Below, piece by piece: positions 57,469 to 64,000 of a DNA stretch of 64,000 nucleotides. A program made the position numbers and the translations under genes. The notes under the pieces were generated by a model that worked only from the letters and a program-made list of their open reading frames with translations, ran no database searches and was not told the origin of the DNA. The first letter of the stretch is position 1. Every line of letters begins with the position of its first letter. Origin of the DNA: Methanobacteriota archaeon (GTDB lineage: Archaea; Thermoplasmatota; Thermoplasmata; SG8-5; JAGLSY01); assembly GCA_020696385.1 (NCBI GenBank), contig JAEHCQ010000002.1, forward strand, positions 32,001-96,000. Reading direction: 5' to 3'.

Positions 57469-58188
57469 TCAATCGTCCTTAAAGTTCATCATCATCTTGT
57501 TCGCAAAGAGGTATGATTCAAAAGTTCCAGCATCTGTCCATTCACCATCCAATATGTCAAATGTCAGTTGATTTCTTTTTATATATTCATTATTCACTTG
57601 GGTGATCTCGTATTCACCTCTAGGAGATAGCCCGATATCTCGAATGATATCAAAGACCTGATCATCATACATGTAATATCCAATAACTGCATAATCACTA
57701 TCTGGCTTATCTGGCTTTTCATCAATCTTGACAATGTGGTGTTCATCAATAGCGGCAACCCCGTATCTTTCAGGTTCATCAACCTTTTTCAATAGTACTT
57801 TGGCACCTTTTTCTTGGTTGGAAAAATCCTTCACGAATTTGCTCAGGTTCTGTGTGGTGATATTGTCCCCCAGGATCACAAATATACGATCACCGCCTGC
57901 AAAATTCTCTGCCAAGGCCAAGGCATGTGCAATGCCCGAGGGAGATTCTTGAACTTTGTAAGTGAAATTGCATTGGAACTCACTACCACTGCCCAATAGA
58001 TTAACGATCTCTCCCATGTGTTCCGTGCTTGTGATGATCAATATGTCCGTAATCCCTGCTTCTACTAAGCGCTTTACAGGATTGAAGATCATCGGTTCTC
58101 TACCTATTGGCAATAAATGTTTATTAGTGACCTTGGTAAGTGGAAACAATCGAGTTCCTTTTCCTCCAGCCAACACAACACCCTTCAT
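57469..58188 (-). CDS. rmlA: Glucose-1-phosphate thymidylyltransferase (short RmlA/SpsI type)
   Basis: LAGG.GTRL.PLT...NKHLLP, Q..P.GIA.A, LGDN, EKP, S.RGE.EIT, W.DAGT. Confidence 0.9.
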   Translation of the reverse strand: MKGVVLAGGKGTRLFPLTKVTNKHLLPIGREPMIFNPVKRLVEAGITDILIITSTEHMGEIVNLLGSGSEFQCNFTYKVQESPSGIAHALALAENFAGGDRIFVILGDNITTQNLSKFVKDFSNQEKGAKVLLKKVDEPERYGVAAIDEHHIVKIDEKPDKPDSDYAVIGYYMYDDQVFDIIRDIGLSPRGEYEITQVNNEYIKRNQLTFDILDGEWTDAGTFESYLFANKMMMNFKDD

Positions 58189-58194
58189 AAGGAT

Positions 58195-59292
58195 TTACAT
58201 ACGATGCTTATTATTATATTTTTCGTAGCGTCCTGCCTCAATATCTTGAACCCATGAATAATTATCCAGATACCATCTTATTGTGTCTGTTATTCCATCT
58301 TCGAATTTTATTTCCGGCTTCCAGTCTGTTTTTCTTAATATTTTGCTATTATCCAATGAGTATCTAAAATCGTGCCCAGGCCTATCTTTTACAAAAGATA
58401 GCAGATCATAGTTGATTTTTTCAATATTTATATTGTGATCTATTTGATACGATTTATCATCCATAACCAGCGATCTCACTGTGTCTATTAAGATCTTTAC
58501 AATTTCGATATTTTGTTTTTCAGATCTCGCTCCTACATTGTAAATTTCACCAATTTTGCCATCATGAACTAAGGTATCAATGGCTTTGCAATGGTCTGAT
58601 ACATGGATCCAATCACGAATGTTCTTTCCATCACCATATATTGGCAATTGCTTACCGTCCAATATGTTCTTTATCATCAAAGGTATTAGTTTTTCAGGAA
58701 ATTGATGCGGGCCATAATTGTTCGAACAACGTGTGATTATCAATGGAAAATCATAGGTCTCATGGAAAGAGCCCGCGATCAAGTCTGCGGAGGCTTTCGA
58801 AGCAGAATATGGACTCCTGGGATTCAGAGGTGTGTTTTCAGTGAAATCCCCATCCTTTCCTAAAGAGCCATACACTTCATCAGTGGATATCTGGATAAAT
58901 CGAGTTCCTTCTCTGTATTCTGAATCATGGATCTGCCACATATTTTTGGCAATATTTAGTAGGTTATGGGCACCCATCACATTTGATCTAATGAAAATAT
59001 CTGAGCTTTCAATACTTCTATCAACATGAGATTCTGCAGCGAAATTAATTACAATATCTGGTGAATAATCTTCAAACAACTTAGAGACCAAAAGAGTGTT
59101 TGTAATGTCTCCACATACAAAACCAATTGATTTGGATTCAATCTCGGCCTTAATGTTCATTATATTACCAGCATAGGTCAAACTATCCAATACCATACAT
59201 TTTGCAGTAGGATCGGTCTCCACAATATGTTTCACATAATTGGAACCAATAAAGCCTGCTCCGCCACTTATTAGAAAACGCATGAATATCAT
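58195..59292 (-). CDS. rmlB: dTDP-glucose 4,6-dehydratase
   Basis: GGAGFIGSN, LTYAGN, FAAESHVDRSI, STDEVYG, YSASKA, CSNNYGP.QFPEKLIP, DRPGHD.RY. Confidence 0.95.
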   Translation of the reverse strand: MIFMRFLISGGAGFIGSNYVKHIVETDPTAKCMVLDSLTYAGNIMNIKAEIESKSIGFVCGDITNTLLVSKLFEDYSPDIVINFAAESHVDRSIESSDIFIRSNVMGAHNLLNIAKNMWQIHDSEYREGTRFIQISTDEVYGSLGKDGDFTENTPLNPRSPYSASKASADLIAGSFHETYDFPLIITRCSNNYGPHQFPEKLIPLMIKNILDGKQLPIYGDGKNIRDWIHVSDHCKAIDTLVHDGKIGEIYNVGARSEKQNIEIVKILIDTVRSLVMDDKSYQIDHNINIEKINYDLLSFVKDRPGHDFRYSLDNSKILRKTDWKPEIKFEDGITDTIRWYLDNYSWVQDIEAGRYEKYNNKHRM

Positions 59293-59351
59293 GAGTAGAA
59301 ATCTTTGTGCATATAAAATGTTTACCCAAGCATTGTTCTCTGAAGATGGTA

Positions 59352-61001
59352 TCAGGGTCTATATGTATATGCCTCAAATGCACCATTATCATAAAATTTA
59401 TTGGTTGTTACATTATCTTGAAATTGATCATAAAGGAAATTGATTCTTTTACCAACAATATTTGAAGCCAGAGCATAGTCATCAAATACTAATATTGAAT
59501 TGTTGATAAAATCTCCTCTCGCAGATAGAGCACGTATATTCCTATCTGATGCAAAACCTGTCATGACCGTAGCTCCCTGCTCAGCATATATGGTCTCATT
59601 AGTTGTTCTATTGACTAAAAAAATTGAAGCCCCCAAATTACTATCAGATATTATTGCCTCGTTCTCTACATTGAATATTGAAGACATGTTGATAATCGAT
59701 AGAAATAATAGTATAGCTACCAGAATTGGTATGAATTTCATGTTCTTCTTTAATTTTATTTTGGATGATAAAATGAACATGAACGCTAGAGGGACCAGTA
59801 TCATGAAATAGAAAAACAGACCGCGATTATGTAAATGTGAGCCAGAGTAAGCTATGGCCGCGATAAATGCTAGTGATATGCCAACTATCCAGCCAATATA
59901 AATGCCCTTCAAGTCTTTATCTCTTCTATGAACAAATAAGTACATAATCGAAAACAGACCAAATAATAAAAATAATATCAGACGGAGAGTGGATATTGGA
60001 TTCCCCAACCATCCACTAATCAAGGTGCCGAGCGTTGTCGGAAGGGTCACAATGCTATCGATAATGTAAGAAAAATCCCCAGTAAATGAATTAATACTTA
60101 TCAATGATAATGTTATAACAATGAAAATAGCCAGCATAATGAATGTCATGATGTTTGATTTGGGTGTAGAGCCCTCGACCCTCTGGATATAATGCTCTTT
60201 ATAGTAGTTCCATAGAACCATTGAGAATATAATTCCACCAAGATAAATACAAGTCGTCGGATGAGATATTATAAGGCTTAGAATAAGCAAAAGTCCTGTT
60301 ATTTGCCAGATGCGTGAAGATTTAAAATAAAGAGCGATTATGATAAGGGGAAATATGATCAGACCAATAGATTGGGGTGAGAAATGAAATTGCAACCACG
60401 CATTCATTAATATGTGGGTCAATAATGCAAGCTTTCTGACCATATCATTCTTGGAAATATGCTGAATTAATACATAGTATCCGAGTAAGAATATAATAGA
60501 TGAGAAAATTGGATAATATTTTAGAAAGTCATAAGAGTGTATGCCAGACATTTCAAGGCCTATAGCACTGTATAAGAAGGTTCCTGGCCAGCTCATATAG
60601 AGCGTTATATCTGATGAAGGTATGTGCCCATAGCTCAAGATCAATGAGACATTCTCGAAATGATTCCAAGGATCGGTAACCCTTGCATTTGGCTCTATGA
60701 GCACTGGAGTCACCCATACCATGATATTCAGTATGATTATCTGGAACATGAAAAAATATTTTGGAACACAATCGATCATTATTATGATCCCACTGATCAA
60801 ACTGAAAATTCCAAGCCAAAACCATATAGGTATGACTTGATAGAGACCAAATATATTATCTGGATGAACCCACCAGACCTGGTAAGTGGCTATCAGATAA
60901 AGCCAGAGAACGACTCCCATAAGGGTAAGGAGGGATCCCATTATCTTTCGTTGTTTAACTGATCCTTCGGTTAAAAATGGGAAAATATCCTGCCAATCCA
61001 T
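59352..61001 (-). CDS. Polytopic membrane protein, hypothetical (glycosylation-associated)
   Basis: About 13 TM segments, D...H and Y..WPG loop, SHP.T motif. Confidence 0.6.
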   Translation of the reverse strand: MDWQDIFPFLTEGSVKQRKIMGSLLTLMGVVLWLYLIATYQVWWVHPDNIFGLYQVIPIWFWLGIFSLISGIIIMIDCVPKYFFMFQIIILNIMVWVTPVLIEPNARVTDPWNHFENVSLILSYGHIPSSDITLYMSWPGTFLYSAIGLEMSGIHSYDFLKYYPIFSSIIFLLGYYVLIQHISKNDMVRKLALLTHILMNAWLQFHFSPQSIGLIIFPLIIIALYFKSSRIWQITGLLLILSLIISHPTTCIYLGGIIFSMVLWNYYKEHYIQRVEGSTPKSNIMTFIMLAIFIVITLSLISINSFTGDFSYIIDSIVTLPTTLGTLISGWLGNPISTLRLILFLLFGLFSIMYLFVHRRDKDLKGIYIGWIVGISLAFIAAIAYSGSHLHNRGLFFYFMILVPLAFMFILSSKIKLKKNMKFIPILVAILLFLSIINMSSIFNVENEAIISDSNLGASIFLVNRTTNETIYAEQGATVMTGFASDRNIRALSARGDFINNSILVFDDYALASNIVGKRINFLYDQFQDNVTTNKFYDNGAFEAYTYRP

Positions 61002-61013
61002 CAGTTATTCCTC

Positions 61014-61949
61014 CTATGCGACATTTACATCTATCCACAGATGGATCTCTCTATATACAGTTGGGTCATCATCCTTATATAATTCCATGGTGAGTTTATA
61101 TTGGCCTGCATAGTCTATCTGAAATGCAAAGAAGGTCTCATTAATCTGTTCATGCTCTAAGGCTATGTCATAGGAAGATAGTGTAATATTCTGTCTTTGA
61201 CCAGTGGTGTTAAGCAGACTGATAATTATTATATAGTTTGTTGATTCATACTCATGACAAACTGTCCCTATGGTTATTGTTTTAGTCTCATTAGTTGTCA
61301 TATTTAAAGGAAGATCAGTAATTCCCCTATTTTGATCCAATACATAGAACTCTGTAAAATTCTCCCCCTCCAATGGATTGGTCAAAACATATGCCAGTGT
61401 AAACCCACTGATTATCAAAGAGATCACCAGAACAATGGCTATGAACTTGTCTTCTGGTTCTTCAGCATTTTGGAATATATTTATCTTCTCCACAGGCATT
61501 GTGAAACGATCTGCCTCGGGGATCAGAGATCGTCTGTACCAGCCCATACCACATACAAAAACTATAAAAATTATCAAAAAGGCCAGAATGGGCTTAAGGG
61601 ATATCTCAGAAATGAAATTCAAGATTATACCAATAAATGCCAATATAACTATGCTCAATCCGAAACTCAATACGATCCTTTCAATTACCTTTATTCCGCG
61701 GGTGTTGGTCTCATTTCCCTTGCTATTTTCAGCTTCATACACTGTGTGATTTTCAGGCCATAAAAATGAAACAAAGGCATATCCTGGGAAAAAAATAACA
61801 ATTGGCAAAGCAAATATGATACGTATGAGATTACCACCAGGTAATAAAATGATGGAAATAGCAGAAACTAAAGACAATATAATTACTATTATCAAATCCA
61901 GGGGATAAGTGTTCTTTTTGATAATTGCAGGGATGTTAACAGGCTCCAT
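61014..61949 (-). CDS. DUF1616 family membrane protein
   Basis: F.PGYA....LWP, ER..LS.GLSI, E.FTEFY.L, LWI.V. Confidence 0.85.
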   Translation of the reverse strand: MEPVNIPAIIKKNTYPLDLIIVIILSLVSAISIILLPGGNLIRIIFALPIVIFFPGYAFVSFLWPENHTVYEAENSKGNETNTRGIKVIERIVLSFGLSIVILAFIGIILNFISEISLKPILAFLIIFIVFVCGMGWYRRSLIPEADRFTMPVEKINIFQNAEEPEDKFIAIVLVISLIISGFTLAYVLTNPLEGENFTEFYVLDQNRGITDLPLNMTTNETKTITIGTVCHEYESTNYIIIISLLNTTGQRQNITLSSYDIALEHEQINETFFAFQIDYAGQYKLTMELYKDDDPTVYREIHLWIDVNVA

Positions 61950-62620
61950 TATTCTTCCTCCTCTCCTAAAACACCTCTTTTGAGGTAAAACTTCTTATTA
62001 ATATAACTCTCCACCACTGAATCATGCGAAGCAATAATAACCGTCGCACCAAATTCCTTATTGGCCTTTTTAAATGCTTCCATCACGATATCACAATTTT
62101 CCATGTCAAGAGATGCAGTGGGCTCATCCGCAAGTAGGACCGTTGGGCTATTAGCCAGTGCCCTGGCAACAGCCACTCTTTGTCTTTCACCGCCACTTAG
62201 TTCATTTGGATATTTACTTGAATATTCATATAGTTCGAATGTCTTCAGAAGCTCCCTAACCTTCCAATCACCATCATGCCACTTTGCGATTTTCATTGGC
62301 AGAAGGACATTCTCGAAAACTGTGAGATCATTTATAAGATTATGAGCCTGGAAAACAATACCTATCCTGTGAAGTCTGATGCTGGCCAATTCCTTATCTG
62401 ACAATTCCCCAGTATTGTATCCATTAAGGAATATCTCGCCTTTGGAAGGGGTGTCGATGCATCCTATGAGATTGAGCAATGTTGTCTTTCCACTTCCAGA
62501 TCTACCTTTGATCAATACCATATCATTGGATTTGATGGTCATGCTTATGCCCTTTAGGATCTCCTTCCTATTGTCATAGGATTTCCATACATCCTTCAGT
62601 ACTATGTCCATTTGCTTCAT
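61949..62620 (-). CDS. ABC ATP-binding protein (LolD-like) without an adjacent FtsX permease
   Basis: [41 protein letters not shown]; start MKQMD 62620 preferred. Confidence 0.88.
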   Translation of the reverse strand: MKQMDIVLKDVWKSYDNRKEILKGISMTIKSNDMVLIKGRSGSGKTTLLNLIGCIDTPSKGEIFLNGYNTGELSDKELASIRLHRIGIVFQAHNLINDLTVFENVLLPMKIAKWHDGDWKVRELLKTFELYEYSSKYPNELSGGERQRVAVARALANSPTVLLADEPTASLDMENCDIVMEAFKKANKEFGATVIIASHDSVVESYINKKFYLKRGVLGEEEE

Positions 62621-62785
62621 GGTCGATCTTCCAGTTAAACAGGCAATGGGGCTCTCCATCAGTGCAGTATAGAGCATTTTGGACAGTTACTGTGTTCAAC
62701 TATCCAATGAGTGACCCCAAATTCTGGAAAATCCTAAACTGATTTAATATTAAACCCTTTCGGATCAGTTAGTATCATGATATAT

Positions 62786-63490
62786 TCACTCAGATATCAC
62801 TGGAGTGGTGACAAAAGCATTCTTTCTTCTTATCAGCCTTAGCCATCCATGCTCGTGTTTCGTACGCCTCATCTTGACACAACGTATTCGAAGCTGTACA
62901 TCTGTTTCGCCAACATCATGCAATCGCAGGTAAATGATGCCATCTGCCAGGAAATCCTCATTATTGGCCACCATTAGTTCACTACCTTGTGTGATCTCGG
63001 ATATCAAAAATACTGTTGAATCCATCTCCTTCAGGAATCTTATAAAGTGAAAGAGATCGACCCTTGGCGAATTGAGCTCTGCCAAAGAATAAAGAGCAGC
63101 CAGGGAATCAACCACGATGAAATCAAAATCCTCCATCTCCGCTCTCTTTTGAATATATTTACTCAATATGCCAAGCCAATTACGACCATGTTCTTCTTCC
63201 TGATGACCCATCCTTATCTTTCCCACATCGACCATGTACAATTCCAAGTCGTCCAGGCCAGTCATACCAAGATCCTGCATGGCTCCCTTCAGGCCTTCAT
63301 ACCCTTCTTCAAGTGACAGGTATAGCCCACGCTTATGCTCTCTCTTCGCATTCTCGTACATTATACTGAAAGTAAGGGATGTCTTCATGGTTCCAGGAGT
63401 TCCACATATCAATACGACATGCCCCTTGGGTATTCCTCCACCCAGATTATCATCGAAGCCCTCAATGTAAGTTTTGATCTTTTCCACCAT
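62786..63490 (-). CDS. RAD55/KaiC-like single-domain RecA-superfamily ATPase
   Basis: T.I.GFD..LGGGIP.G, Walker A variant GTPGTMKT, Y.SLEE, VVDSL, DGII.L, KMR.T.H. Confidence 0.85.
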   Translation of the reverse strand: MVEKIKTYIEGFDDNLGGGIPKGHVVLICGTPGTMKTSLTFSIMYENAKREHKRGLYLSLEEGYEGLKGAMQDLGMTGLDDLELYMVDVGKIRMGHQEEEHGRNWLGILSKYIQKRAEMEDFDFIVVDSLAALYSLAELNSPRVDLFHFIRFLKEMDSTVFLISEITQGSELMVANNEDFLADGIIYLRLHDVGETDVQLRIRCVKMRRTKHEHGWLRLIRRKNAFVTTPVISE

Positions 63491-63755
63491 GAAATCAACT
63501 CGTGCATACTCTATAGTACCCAGATAGCGATGATGATATTAAAATGTGAAGTACGCGTACTCAATAATGGTAATACATGTAAACTACCAGGCCATAAATG
63601 ACCTGGCGTTACTGCTTATATGATATGGATGCTAGGTCACTTATGTCTGTATGTTTACAAACAAGGCCATATGCTCAATTTCTCGAAGCTTTACTCAGCT
63701 TCGAGTTTAGATGAATGATAATGATGAGCATACGGCGGTCTACTTTTTTTACTGG

Positions 63756-63797
63756 GGTCGATTCATCCCCAGCCTAAAGACTGGGGCGTTTTCGACC
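63756..63797. mobile_element. IS200/IS605-like terminal hairpin remnant or MITE end
   Basis: GGTCGA-TTCAT-CCCCAG-CCTAAAGA-CTGGGG-CGTTT-TCGACC nested palindrome in AT-rich intergenic DNA; no transposase nearby. Confidence 0.5.
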
Positions 63798-63858
63798 TTT
63801 AACAGTAAAATGGAAAAATATACAAAATAATTAATACTCATTTTGATTACTCCATAAT

Positions 63859-64000
63859 ATGACTGGAAATAATATTTTTCTTCCAAAGAAAATGTTCCTC
63901 ACAAAGGGAATAGGAAAGCACAAGGAGAAATTAAGTAGCTTCGAGCTGGCTCTTAGAAATGCAGGTATAGAGAAATATAACCTGGTCAGAGTATCATCCA
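63859..64000 (+). CDS. pdaD: Pyruvoyl-dependent arginine decarboxylase (5' part, truncated by the window edge)
   Basis: Translated by hand: [47 protein letters not shown]; SFE.AL..AGI...NLV.VSS includes the Ser-Ser autocleavage site. Confidence 0.88.
   Translation, partial: MTGNNIFLPKKMFLTKGIGKHKEKLSSFELALRNAGIEKYNLVRVSS

Noticed and set aside
1-64000. Genome-wide TAG recoding (pyrrolysine)
   Set aside because: TAG ends conserved genes at their expected C-termini (rps14, rpl24, rpl2, SBDS), and no conserved gene here is interrupted by an in-frame TAG.

Overview
Archaeal chromosomal window. Gene content and order suggest Thermoplasmatota, which is an inference and not a database result. 1-12.8 kb (minus strand): the complete archaeal S10-spc ribosomal protein superoperon from uL3 to uL15, including aIF1/SUI1, Rpp29 and a uS14 gene missed by the ORF track. 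Several of its proteins carry long Lys/Ala/Pro-rich tails, and a ~240-nt structured leader precedes it. 13.1-19.9 kb: ArsC, an unexplained GC-rich structured ~260-nt element, tRNA-Glu(CUC) followed by a ~100-bp mini-element that ends in a duplicate of the tRNA 3' end, a SelB-like protein, two GNATs, an FAD oxidase, a Zn-ribbon/TPR protein and an aminotransferase. 20-24.9 kb: proteasome-exosome superoperon (psmA, SBDS, rrp4/41/42, eL43, rpoP, unknown gene) ending in a 36-bp in-frame hairpin tandem repeat. 24.9-38 kb: transport and housekeeping genes. 38-62.7 kb: a large, AT-richer surface-glycosylation island with a pseudaminic-acid-type pathway (two SDRs, MaoC, no obvious PseG) and a dTDP-Fuc4NAc/ArnC-ArnE/F-like lipid-carrier module. 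The window ends with a RAD55/KaiC-like ATPase, an IS200/IS605-like end hairpin and the 5' part of a pyruvoyl-dependent arginine decarboxylase. The least explained signals are the non-coding structured elements at 12.78-13.02 kb, 13.62-13.88 kb, 14.02-14.14 kb and 24.74-24.87 kb.
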